Shown piece by piece: positions 28,141-37,113 of a stretch of DNA of 64,000 bases. The notes under the pieces were generated by a model that saw only the letters and a list, made by a program, of their open reading frames with translations, did no database searches and was not told the DNA's origin. Source of the DNA: a candidate division WOR-3 bacterium (lineage in GTDB: Bacteria; Hydrothermota; Tepidihabitantia; B3-TA06); contig CBFGKC010000001.1 in NCBI GenBank assembly GCA_965649265.1, positions 268,785 to 332,784 on the forward strand, written 5' to 3'. Each line of letters opens with the position of its first letter. The first letter of the stretch is position 1. A program made the position numbers and the translations under genes.

Positions 28141-29481
28141 TCACTTTGCCCATTTCTTGCACAAATCGGGGCAAAAGAACCGCATCGCCTCCCAGGTGGC
28201 AGGGCCGCAGATGGCCTCGCCCTTTTCTTCCGAAAGCCCGGCAAGAACTTTCTTTTCCCTTGGAGTCCAGAGTTCATCGTTCTTCCAGTCGTTCGGATCG
28301 GTTGTATAGAGCCTGCGATAGTAGTGCTTGGTGCTGTCCTTGTCGTTGAGGTTTTTGATCGCATGGTCCTGAAAGTACCTTAAGAGCCGGTGAACGGTGT
28401 CGTAGTCAAAGACGCCCCACTTTGGTTCGGGGTCGGGACCTCCGCGCCAACCCCACAGTATGCGCTGCATCTTCTCGACCCAGCCGGGGGTGTTGCGCCA
28501 TAGCGAGCTGAAAGTTTTTGTGTCGCGGGAAGCGAAATGAAGCTCCGGCGTCTCGAGCCTTGTTTCGCGCACTATAGCCATCCTGCGCTGGCACTTGAGG
28601 AAGTCCACGCCCGGCCACACGGTCACAGGGATATTGGTCAGATACCCTGAAGGTCCGCCGTGCATGTATGCCGTGAGCATGAAAAGGCTGTAACGGTCGG
28701 AGGACCCGCCCTGGATGTTGATGCAGCCGGTTGAACCTCCGCCGACTATCGAAGCGTTGCCTTGATGGAGGTTTGTGTATTCGAGGTTTTCGTAGACATT
28801 ATTTTCGTTGTACCCACGTTGCTCTGCTGGTTTTCTCCAACCGTAGGTTTCCCTATTTGGTAAATTGGGATCACTACTCTTAATTGTACATGGAACAAGT
28901 GCATGATATTCAGATTTATGCATTCCTCTCTTATAGATATGCTGGCCAAAGCCTATTTGCGCGGTGCCTTCTTCGTGACCGGAGTCAGAGCCGGGGTTGA
29001 CGGTTGCAGGAAAGACGTGCACGTGGTCGCCTGGCGTAAGAAAGTTTTTCTCCCATTTTTTAATCACCTCGTCGGTAACCCCGAGCGCAGGGTCTGCAAT
29101 CACCGGTCCGGCAAGGGTCATGTCCTTGAGCCCTTCCCTTTCCGCAAAGCCTTCTACCCCTTTTTCATACTCTTTTGAGAGGTCGTAAGGCATTCTGTAG
29201 CGCAGGATAACGGCGTCGTCGAACTGGCCGAACTTGTTCTCTACGAGCTTTAAATTGGCGGTTCCGTTCTGGAGATAGCCTTCGGCATCTGCTGCTCTTA
29301 CGCCTTGAAGCGCAAGGATGTTGATATAATAATTGTCGGTCGAATAGTACGCTCCGATGTAGTTCATGAAGCCGTCAAAATAGTTCGCGGTTACTGTGCC
29401 CTCGTAGCCGAACCACAGGCCGTATACGCTGGGATCGAGCTGGTTGTCGCCCAGGATGTTCTTGTCATTATTTTCTGCCAT
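28141..29481 (-). CDS. Putative peptidoglycan-acting enzyme: L,D-transpeptidase-like His/Cys domain plus C-terminal PG-binding-like domain
   Basis: NLHQG...GGSTGCINI resembles the YkuD HxG...SxGC motif; C-terminal WVEKMQRIL...WGVFDYDT...YFQ and ICGPATWEAM resemble PG_binding_1; no signal peptide. Confidence 0.65.
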   Translation of the reverse strand: MAENNDKNILGDNQLDPSVYGLWFGYEGTVTANYFDGFMNYIGAYYSTDNYYINILALQGVRAADAEGYLQNGTANLKLVENKFGQFDDAVILRYRMPYDLSKEYEKGVEGFAEREGLKDMTLAGPVIADPALGVTDEVIKKWEKNFLTPGDHVHVFPATVNPGSDSGHEEGTAQIGFGQHIYKRGMHKSEYHALVPCTIKSSDPNLPNRETYGWRKPAEQRGYNENNVYENLEYTNLHQGNASIVGGGSTGCINIQGGSSDRYSLFMLTAYMHGGPSGYLTNIPVTVWPGVDFLKCQRRMAIVRETRLETPELHFASRDTKTFSSLWRNTPGWVEKMQRILWGWRGGPDPEPKWGVFDYDTVHRLLRYFQDHAIKNLNDKDSTKHYYRRLYTTDPNDWKNDELWTPREKKVLAGLSEEKGEAICGPATWEAMRFFCPDLCKKWAK

Positions 29482-29587
29482 GAGGAGATTATCCGCGGAT
29501 TCCTGACGCGAACCATAGAAACGGGACTGACCATTATTTAGTATAATTCTGTGTGAATGTGCAGGATTAGCTCGGGGTAAATGCGGG

Positions 29588-30367
29588 TTAATCTTCGCTG
29601 GAGCGGTAGCGAACCCGGTCCCTTGATATCGGGTATCTTGACCAGTCGGGATGGGGCTCGTCCATCCACACCCAATGTGCTTCGAGCCAGCGCCACCAGT
29701 CCGATGATGGTCCAAGAAACTGAAGTTTGGTCTCGCAAACGGCCGTTATGCGGTAAAGAACCTTCTTGCGCTCGAAAAAGACATAAGTGTAATACTGGAG
29801 CCAGAACTCGTTCTGGGCATAAATCATATGCTTGTATTCGCAGAAGACCTTTGCCCGGCGGCCCCTGAAAGTGGCATCGAATGAAGTATCCCAATGGGGG
29901 TTGCGACAGGGTTGGAACCAGTACTCTAGGGGTTGTTTAACGGGCTTACCGGAAGTATCCGAAGTCAGCCGATACCAGAGAATTTCAATATACCCATCAG
30001 GCATGAATTCCCCGGAAGGTACGTAATCAACCCTATATGAAATTTGGCCCCTCATCGAATCACCCGCGATATCGGAAGGCACAATAAATGGCGCTACATC
30101 GAAGTAGTTGTTGATATCCATGTCTATGGGATGTACAAGTGGCAATGTGTCCGAGTCCTTAATCCAGAAGGATCTTGAATGCATAAACTCGCGGAGTTTC
30201 TCATAGTCTGGCCAAAGCTGTAAATCCTTCTCCGAGAACTCAGGCAGAATCTTTCTTCTGATCGTGGAGCCTTCCTTGGGAGTGTTCATGTTCTGAGCGG
30301 CTTCCTTCTTGCATCCGGCAGTAAGAACGACCAGAATCACAACTATACATTTGATTACTTTCCCCAT
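29588..30367 (-). CDS. Hypothetical lipoprotein, paralog A (candidate immunity protein)
   Basis: Lipobox LTAGC; shares FMHSR.FWI.DSDTL and QFLGPSS.WWRWLEAHWVWMDEPHPDWSRYPI with paralog B. Confidence 0.75.
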   Translation of the reverse strand: MGKVIKCIVVILVVLTAGCKKEAAQNMNTPKEGSTIRRKILPEFSEKDLQLWPDYEKLREFMHSRSFWIKDSDTLPLVHPIDMDINNYFDVAPFIVPSDIAGDSMRGQISYRVDYVPSGEFMPDGYIEILWYRLTSDTSGKPVKQPLEYWFQPCRNPHWDTSFDATFRGRRAKVFCEYKHMIYAQNEFWLQYYTYVFFERKKVLYRITAVCETKLQFLGPSSDWWRWLEAHWVWMDEPHPDWSRYPISRDRVRYRSSED

Positions 30368-30534
30368 AAGGGAGATTATAAACAATTTTCGCTTTTGTCA
30401 AGAGCGGGCGGGCGGCTTGCTCGTGAAGCGACAGGGCGTCGTCCAAATCCTTACCATTGACTTGACCCCACAGGGCGTTATACTCCCAAAAATTTTTTTA
30501 AAAAAACACGACCCTCTATGAAAGGAGGTAGTAA

Positions 30535-31698
30535 TTGGAGAAGATACTCCTTACTTCTGAGTCGGTGACCGAAGGGCACCCCGACAAGGTTTGCGATCAG
30601 ATTTCAGATTCCGTGCTCGACGCAGTTCTTGCGGAAGACCCCAAGGGACGCGTCGCGTGCGAGACTTTCATCACGGTCGGCCTCGTCATCGTGGGCGGCG
30701 AAATTACCACCACCTGCTATGTTGATCTTGCGCCGATGGTGCGCGATCTTTTAGCCGACATAGGCTACACCAATCACAAGTACGGCTTCGACGGCGCTAC
30801 CTGCGCGATCCTCAATGCAATCGGCCGCCAGTCGCCCGACATAGCCCAGGGTGTCGATGTGGGCGGCGCAGGCGACCAGGGTCTCATGATAGGCTACGCC
30901 TGCAAGGAGACGCCGGAGCTCATGCCTCTTCCCATCATGCTCTCGCACAAGCTTACCCGCCGTCTTGCAGAGGTCCGCAAGCAAGGCATCCTCGCTTACC
31001 TGGGCCCGGACGGCAAGTCGCAGGTCACGGTCGAATACGTCGACGGCAAGCCGAGCCGCATCGTGAACGTGGTCATCAGTTCCCAGCACACCGAGGAGAT
31101 TCTCGACTCGTCCGGCCATCACATCACACAGGAAGCGCGCCATGAGATAATCGAACACGTGGCCAAGCCCGTGCTTCCCAAGGAGATGATCGACGAGAAC
31201 ATTCGTTTCTACGTGAACCCGACAGGCAAATTCGTGATAGGCGGTCCGCAGTCCGACACCGGCATGACCGGCCGCAAGATAATCGTGGACACCTACGGCG
31301 GCCTGGCCGCGCACGGCGGCGGAGCGTTCTCGGGCAAGGATCCCTCGAAGGTCGACCGCTCGGCCACATACTTCGCCCGCTACATCGCGAAGAACGTCGT
31401 GGCAGCCGACCTTGCCGATCGCATCCAGGTCAACCTCGCGTACGTGATAGGCGAGCCCGACCCCGCGGCTGTATCCATCGAGACTCACGGTACGTCCAAG
31501 ATAGACGAAGCCAAGCTCCTCGAGATAATCAAGGCCGAGTTCGACTTCCGGCCGCGCGCGATAATCGAGAGGCTCAACCTCCTGAGACCAATATACCGCA
31601 AGACCGCATCGTACGGTCATTTCGGCCGCACCGAGGAAGAGTTCACATGGGAGCGCCTGGACGCGGTGGATTCACTCCGCAAACGCGCCGGCGTCTGA
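30535..31698 (+). CDS. metK: S-adenosylmethionine synthetase
   Basis: Motifs [36 protein letters not shown] and [16 protein letters not shown]. Confidence 0.98.
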   Translation: MEKILLTSESVTEGHPDKVCDQISDSVLDAVLAEDPKGRVACETFITVGLVIVGGEITTTCYVDLAPMVRDLLADIGYTNHKYGFDGATCAILNAIGRQSPDIAQGVDVGGAGDQGLMIGYACKETPELMPLPIMLSHKLTRRLAEVRKQGILAYLGPDGKSQVTVEYVDGKPSRIVNVVISSQHTEEILDSSGHHITQEARHEIIEHVAKPVLPKEMIDENIRFYVNPTGKFVIGGPQSDTGMTGRKIIVDTYGGLAAHGGGAFSGKDPSKVDRSATYFARYIAKNVVAADLADRIQVNLAYVIGEPDPAAVSIETHGTSKIDEAKLLEIIKAEFDFRPRAIIERLNLLRPIYRKTASYGHFGRTEEEFTWERLDAVDSLRKRAGV

Positions 31699-31709
31699 AA
31701 AGGAGATTC

Positions 31710-32966
31710 ATGCAATACGACGTTAAAGATTTAAAGCTTGCCGCTCAGGGCAAACTCAAGATTGAATGGGCAGGACGATTCATGCCCGTGCTCAAATTGA
31801 TCCGCGAACGCTTCGAGAAGGAAAAGCCCCTCAAGGGCAAGCGGCTTGCCGCGTGCCTTCACGTCACCACCGAGACCGCCAACCTCATGCTGGTCCTCAA
31901 GGCGGGCGGCGCCCAGATACGCCTGTGCGCCTCGAACCCCCTCTCCACCCAGGACGACACCGCGGCCTCGCTCGTCAAGGACTACGGCATAGAGACCTTT
32001 GCCATCCGCGGGGTCAACAATAAGGACTACTACAAGCACATCAACGCCGCACTCGACCTCAAGCCTCACCTGACCATGGACGACGGCGCCGACCTGGTAT
32101 CCACCCTTCACTCCAAGCGCAAGGAACTCCTCAAGAATATCGTTGGCGGAACTGAGGAGACGACCACGGGTGTCATTCGTCTTCGTGCTATGGCCAAGGA
32201 GGGGGCGCTCCAGTACCCCATCATCGCCGTGAACGACTCCGAGACCAAGTACCTCTTCGATAACCGCTACGGCACAGGCCAGTCCACGCTCGACGGCATC
32301 ATCCGCGCGACCAACTTCCTCATCGCGGGTTCCACCGTCGTGGTCGCCGGCTACGGCTGGTGCGGCAAGGGCGTCGCCATGCGCGCAAAAGGCCTGGGCG
32401 CAAAGGTGATAGTCACCGAAGTCAACCCGGTGCGCGCGCTAGAGGCCGAGATGGACGGTTTCCAGGTAATGCCGATGGTCGAGGCCGCTCCTTCGGGTGA
32501 CCTCTTCGTCACGCTCACGGGCGACATAGACGTAATCCACAAGGGCGTCTTTGCAAAAATGAAGGACGGCGCCATATTCGCGAACTCCGGCCATTTTGAC
32601 GTCGAGATCAACAAGAAGGAACTCGAGGCGCTCACGACCAAGAAGCGCGAGGTTCGGCGCGAAGTCGTCGAGCACACCCTCAAGAACGGTCGCAAGGTCT
32701 ACTTCCTTTCCGAGGGACGCCTCATCAACCTATCGGCCGCAGAAGGCCACCCGGCGATGGTCATGGACATGAGCTTTGCCAACCAGTCGCTCGGCTCGGA
32801 GTACATCCTCAAAAACGCCGCGAAGCTCGAGCGCAAGGTCTACTGCATTCCCGCAGAGATCGATCAGAAGATAGCGTCCATCAAACTTCGTTCCATGGGA
32901 GTCAAGATGGACAAGCTCACGCCTGCGCAGAAACACTACCTTGCCTCGTGGCAGGAAGGGACCTGA
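31710..32966 (+). CDS. ahcY: Adenosylhomocysteinase
   Basis: Motifs [41 protein letters not shown] and [11 protein letters not shown]; SD AAGGAG before ATG 31710. Confidence 0.97.
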   Translation: MQYDVKDLKLAAQGKLKIEWAGRFMPVLKLIRERFEKEKPLKGKRLAACLHVTTETANLMLVLKAGGAQIRLCASNPLSTQDDTAASLVKDYGIETFAIRGVNNKDYYKHINAALDLKPHLTMDDGADLVSTLHSKRKELLKNIVGGTEETTTGVIRLRAMAKEGALQYPIIAVNDSETKYLFDNRYGTGQSTLDGIIRATNFLIAGSTVVVAGYGWCGKGVAMRAKGLGAKVIVTEVNPVRALEAEMDGFQVMPMVEAAPSGDLFVTLTGDIDVIHKGVFAKMKDGAIFANSGHFDVEINKKELEALTTKKREVRREVVEHTLKNGRKVYFLSEGRLINLSAAEGHPAMVMDMSFANQSLGSEYILKNAAKLERKVYCIPAEIDQKIASIKLRSMGVKMDKLTPAQKHYLASWQEGT

Positions 32967-32974
32967 GGGACCTC

Positions 32975-33397
32975 ATGTCCGCAGAACCCGTAAAAGCGGT
33001 GGTTCAAAAAGTGACGGGCCTTACCCTGGCGGGTAAGGCCCGTACCGGTCACTGGACTATGATGGACACCTCCCAGGACGTAGGGGGCAGCTCCGCGGCT
33101 TCCACGCCGATGGAACTCGTCCTCATGGCGCTGGGCGGCTGCACCGGGATGGATGTGCTCTCCATCCTCGCTAAAATGAATCAACCCGTGGAGGACTACC
33201 GCATCGAACTCGAGGGCGAGCGTTCGGACGAACACCCCAAGGTTTACACCAAGATCCGCCTCGTCCACGTCGTCAAGGGCAAGGTCGATCCGGAAAGACT
33301 CGCGCACGCAATCGAACTCTCCGAGACCAAGTACTGTTCGGTCTCCGCGATGCTCAAAAAAGCCGTCCAGATTGAGACGTCCTACAGAATAGAATAA
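32975..33397 (+). CDS. OsmC/YhfA family protein
   Basis: Motifs PMELVLMALGGCTGMDV and KYCSVSAML. Confidence 0.88.
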   Translation: MSAEPVKAVVQKVTGLTLAGKARTGHWTMMDTSQDVGGSSAASTPMELVLMALGGCTGMDVLSILAKMNQPVEDYRIELEGERSDEHPKVYTKIRLVHVVKGKVDPERLAHAIELSETKYCSVSAMLKKAVQIETSYRIE

Positions 33398-33437
33398 AAC
33401 CCCCCAAAAACACAGAGTGTTTTTTTTGGGGGCCCCT
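33398..33437 (+). repeat. Palindromic repeat family member
   Basis: CCCCCCAAAAACAC-aga-GTGTTTTTTTTGGGGG-CCCC right after the OsmC stop codon. Confidence 0.65.
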
Positions 33438-33698
33438 CCCTCGCATCCCGCAGAACGGTCGCAAGGTTGTTTCCTTAGTTCGTCCCTCCGAGCTTCATGT
33501 CGCAGCCATTTAATGTTTTTCCGAACTCCGTACCGTCCACTCCACGAAATCGTCACTTCGCAAGTGTTGCGGCTTCGAGTCGGAAATCCGGTCTATCGGG
33601 GTTGGCAGCCTGAGTAGAGATAGGAGTCATGGGTATGCAAAAAAAACGGGCCGGGTTTTCACCTCAAAGCCCAGGGCGCTCGCGCACTACAAATCCAG

Positions 33699-34397
33699 TC
33701 AGAGGATGGGGGGGAGTTCCTTATGGGTCGCTTTCACCGGGGTGCTGGCCTGATCGTGACTGTTGTTGTGATTATGATTGTTGTTGTGATTGTTGCGGAC
33801 GCGGTTTATCTCCGTCCGGAAGAGTGAAAGGAACGTGCGCCAGATGATCTTTACATCGAGCCCGAAGGAGCGATTCTGGATGTAGAGCATGTTGAGCCGG
33901 AACTTTTCCGGTATTATCTCGTCGATGTACTGCTCGTCGAACTTGTGGGGATCCATGTGGCTCTCGATGTCCACGTAATGGATCTGGGCAGGCCCTGTTA
34001 TCCCCGGCTTCACGGAAAGAATAACCCTCTGCCCGGCCGTGTAATGCGATACGTACTGCGGATCCTCCGGCCTCGGACCTACGATGCTCATCTGACCCAG
34101 AAACACGTTGATGAACTGCGGAAGCTCGTCAAGCTTGAGTCTGCGAAGTATAGAGCCGATCTTCGTGATGCGCGGGTCGTTGCGGTAAGTCAGCTTGGGC
34201 CCGCACTTGTCGGCGCCGTTGATCATCGTTCTGAATTTGAAAATCTTGAAAGGTCTGCCGTCCTTGCCCACCCTGATGCCCCGGTAAAAGACGGAACCAT
34301 TTGAATCGGTCTTGATTGCAAGTGCTACAAACGGGGTAATAAGCGCAACGAGTAAAAGGCCGAGGAACGAAAGAAAGATGTCAATCACTCGTTTCAT
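33699..34397 (-). CDS. Sugar transferase (polyprenyl-phosphate phosphoglycosyltransferase family)
   Basis: Motifs MKRVIDI, FKIFKFRTM, DPRITKIG, KLDELPQF, MSIVGPRPE and KPGITG; Asn/His repeat tail. Confidence 0.92.
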   Translation of the reverse strand: MKRVIDIFLSFLGLLLVALITPFVALAIKTDSNGSVFYRGIRVGKDGRPFKIFKFRTMINGADKCGPKLTYRNDPRITKIGSILRRLKLDELPQFINVFLGQMSIVGPRPEDPQYVSHYTAGQRVILSVKPGITGPAQIHYVDIESHMDPHKFDEQYIDEIIPEKFRLNMLYIQNRSFGLDVKIIWRTFLSLFRTEINRVRNNHNNNHNHNNSHDQASTPVKATHKELPPIL

Positions 34398-34620
34398 CGG
34401 TCTCCAATTCGGGTTCCGGGCTCCAGAATATTGCCAACCCTGGGTGGCTTCTCTTCCATGCTCCAGATTATATCAAACTGGGATGACAAGTCAATCGGTT
34501 ATCACATCGACGGACGAAAAACGCATACTTTTTTGTTTTTATAACAAAATCAGATTGCCTGCAATCGTTCTGTTTTATGAAATAAGTTGACAGGCGATTG
34601 AGTACGAATATCATTGCGCC

Positions 34621-34860
34621 ATGCAGCAAAAAAAACACCCCATAAGAACGCAGGGCGTTCTTATGGGGACCCCGGACCTCTCACCCCACGAAACCACCTC
34701 GCGCTTTCGTGAGGACCCCGAATTTTACCTCAAAGGACTGCTTCGTACACCTTTACAGATCACAACCATTATCCTCAAACGTCCACTCCGCATTGTATAC
34801 GATCTGGATAACCGTCGTCATTTCTTGTCCACCTTGAGAGTCGGTGGTGAGAGAATCTGA
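34621..34860 (+). CDS. Small hypothetical protein containing two in-frame palindromic repeats
   Basis: ATG lies 6 nt after TTGACA-N16-TATCAT; ORF overlaps the next gene by 17 nt. Confidence 0.45.
   Translation: MQQKKHPIRTQGVLMGTPDLSPHETTSRFREDPEFYLKGLLRTPLQITTIILKRPLRIVYDLDNRRHFLSTLRVGGERI
34636..34674 (+). repeat. 39-nt palindromic repeat
   Basis: CA-CCCCATAAGAACGC-agg-GCGTTCTTATGGGG-ACCCCG. Confidence 0.8.
34682..34720 (+). repeat. 39-nt palindromic repeat (degenerate)
   Basis: CACCCCACGAAA...TTTCGTGAGG-ACCCCG. Confidence 0.7.
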
Positions 34861-35725
34861 GATCAGGGGTCCCCAAAAAGGGACAGAGTACCTTTTTGAG
34901 GCATTGGATATCCTCATTATTACGTGGAACTGTTCAGCCGATCTCAAACGATGCCTTGAGTCCATAAAGAAGTTTCCGCCGTCCGAGTCTTATGTCGTGA
35001 CCCTCGTGGACAACGGTTCGACGGACGACACCCTCGAGATGGTCCGGCGCGACTTCCCAGAGGTCAGGCTCATCCTCAATTCCGTCAATCGCGGTGTGGC
35101 GCCCGCACGAAACCAGGGGCTGGCAGTCACTCAATCGGAGTTCGTCATGCTCCTCGACGCCGACACGGAGATACTCGAAGGCTCGCTCGACGTCCTCCTC
35201 TCCGGAATGCGCAGCCATCCCCGTGCCGGTATTGTGGGTGCGCAGCTCCTCTATTCAGACATGACAATTCAGCCCAGCTGCAAAAGGTTGCCCGATAGAA
35301 TCGCGCCCGTTTTCAACCGCCTGACACGCCTGCCCGGTATCAAGCAAACGCGTTCGTGGCGCAATCACATGATGGCCGACTGGGATCACGGACGTGAACG
35401 AGTAGTCGATTACGTCATAGGCGCGAACCAGCTCATCCGGACTGCCGCCTTGCGCGAGATCGGGCTTCTTGACGAACGGATATTCTACGGCCCGGAGGAC
35501 ATAGACTTCTGTCTGCGAATGTGGCTCGGGGGATGGCAGGTCTGGTACATTCCCCAGGCTAAGATAATCCACCACTGCGCCCGTCTCACCAAGCGCAATC
35601 CCTTCTCCCGGCTCGCCCTTCTCCATTTCAAGGGGCTTGCCTACTTCTTCCGCAAGCACCGGCCCGAGGAGAGAGCGAGGATTCGCAGGCTTGTCTCAGT
35701 ACTATCCGGCGAAACGGGCCTTTGA
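34844..35725 (+). CDS. Glycosyltransferase family 2
   Basis: Motifs IITWN, VDNGSTD, NRGVAPARNQG, LLDAD and LDERIFYGPEDIDFC; start may instead be TTG 34904. Confidence 0.9.
   Translation: MVRESEIRGPQKGTEYLFEALDILIITWNCSADLKRCLESIKKFPPSESYVVTLVDNGSTDDTLEMVRRDFPEVRLILNSVNRGVAPARNQGLAVTQSEFVMLLDADTEILEGSLDVLLSGMRSHPRAGIVGAQLLYSDMTIQPSCKRLPDRIAPVFNRLTRLPGIKQTRSWRNHMMADWDHGRERVVDYVIGANQLIRTAALREIGLLDERIFYGPEDIDFCLRMWLGGWQVWYIPQAKIIHHCARLTKRNPFSRLALLHFKGLAYFFRKHRPEERARIRRLVSVLSGETGL
34865..34903 (-). repeat. 39-nt palindromic repeat, inverted orientation
   Basis: AGGGGT-CCCCAAAAAGG...CCTTTTTGAGG-CA. Confidence 0.7.
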
Positions 35726-36008
35726 GCCTGAAAAGAGACCTCCCCCCCTCCCTTCACATTTTATTTGTTGACTTTATGGACAGATTATTTGACTCGTAGA
35801 GTTAAATAATCTTCATCGGGATTCAGTTTGTGAAAAGCATCCCGGAAGTTCTGAGCAATCGAAACCACCCTTTACAGGACGTTATTTGACCTTGACATGA
35901 TGCTGCATCTTTCAAGAGATCATGAGCTTACGACCCGGGGTGACAAAGCAATACTACTCTCATTATAGAAAAGGGTCACCCCCTCCACACGGGGGGGGGG
36001 AGCAAGTT

Positions 36009-36773
36009 CTACTTGGACGGGGGCTGCCAGCTGTGTACGATGGTTAGGGTGTCGGATGGATAGGACAGGATGGAGTCCCTGAAGGCATAGATCATGTAGT
36101 AACGGGTATCGCCGTCGCGCTGGCAGTTGAACTTGTAGTAAGCTGAATCAAGGGCTGCCGGCTCCACTCCGCCGTCTCCCGAAGGGTCCCAGTTGCGGCC
36201 GGTGCCGTCGAAATTATCCATGTAAGTTACGAATTCAAGGCTTGCCGGAGCATACAGGAGATAGTAGAGATGACTGGAGGTGTCGGGCGGTATCCAAAAA
36301 AGTTCCACCGTATCCTTTAAGAGGGGGGACCTGTTTCGCAGACTGTCGGGGGCCTGGGGACGAGGGTCGTCAAGCCCGCTTTCAGGCGTCACCTCGAGCG
36401 TGTCCGAGTAACCCTCGGCTTCAGGGTTCGTGAAGATGGCGAATATGGCGTGAACAATGTACTTATAAGTCTTTCCATTCTCAGCAGTTGTGTCCGTCCA
36501 TGACCACGTTGCCCTGAGAGGATTTATCGGTCCAAACTGGTCAATCTCCTCGAAATCGCCGTCTCCTTCGGCTCGCAGCAGCTTGAAATGCCCGAGCATG
36601 CCTCCGTATGTTAAAAGCACGTCGTTCGTTAACCAGAACTGCACCGTTACTCTCGAATCGCCGGGAAGGGCTTTTGTCCAGAGAAAGGGCTCAACCTGAG
36701 GGGTCGTGCACGATGTGTAAACAAGGGATAAAACCACAAGCATTAACGCCGAGCATCGCACTAAAATCTTCAT
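36009..36773 (-). CDS. Lipoprotein with fibronectin type III-like domains
   Basis: Lipobox-like YTSC; WTDTTAENGKTYKYIV; ATG 36773 is 7 nt after a -10 box. Confidence 0.68.
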   Translation of the reverse strand: MKILVRCSALMLVVLSLVYTSCTTPQVEPFLWTKALPGDSRVTVQFWLTNDVLLTYGGMLGHFKLLRAEGDGDFEEIDQFGPINPLRATWSWTDTTAENGKTYKYIVHAIFAIFTNPEAEGYSDTLEVTPESGLDDPRPQAPDSLRNRSPLLKDTVELFWIPPDTSSHLYYLLYAPASLEFVTYMDNFDGTGRNWDPSGDGGVEPAALDSAYYKFNCQRDGDTRYYMIYAFRDSILSYPSDTLTIVHSWQPPSK

Positions 36774-37113
36774 AATATCCAGAATACTCATGAAACGCAA
36801 AAGGTCAAGTTTTTCCTTCAATAATAACCCTCTTGACAAGAGGGGAAAGAACTCTATACTAATACGTAGAAGAGGTTGCATGCGCGAGTCGGATCGTCTC
36901 CCTTCTTCAACATGCAGCCAGGAAATTCGGGCTTTCTAGGGTAGCCCGCAAAAATGGCAGGTTATTAAGATGTGTGCATGTAAAAAAGTCAATGCGTCTC
37001 GTGAAAAAGGAGGTGCATTAACCTCTGCAATGAAGAGAAGTGTTCTCGATTATTTTCCAGAATGTCAAATCAATAATAAAATAAACTCTCAGCCCAAGAT
37101 TAGGAGGTTGAGT

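Noticed and set aside
29482-29715. Upstream extension of the 524-aa ORF
   Set aside because: It overlaps lipoprotein A in another frame; ATG 29481 is the more plausible start.
30402-30534. SAM riboswitch upstream of metK
   Set aside because: The promoter lies ~50 nt from the start and no SAM-I core motifs are visible.
34636-34903. CRISPR array
   Set aside because: The repeats are non-identical, irregularly spaced and mixed in orientation, and there are no cas genes.
36861-37113. Cobalamin or TPP riboswitch before the TBDR
   Set aside because: No B12-box or TPP CUGAGA core is recognisable; kept only as an unknown structured leader.
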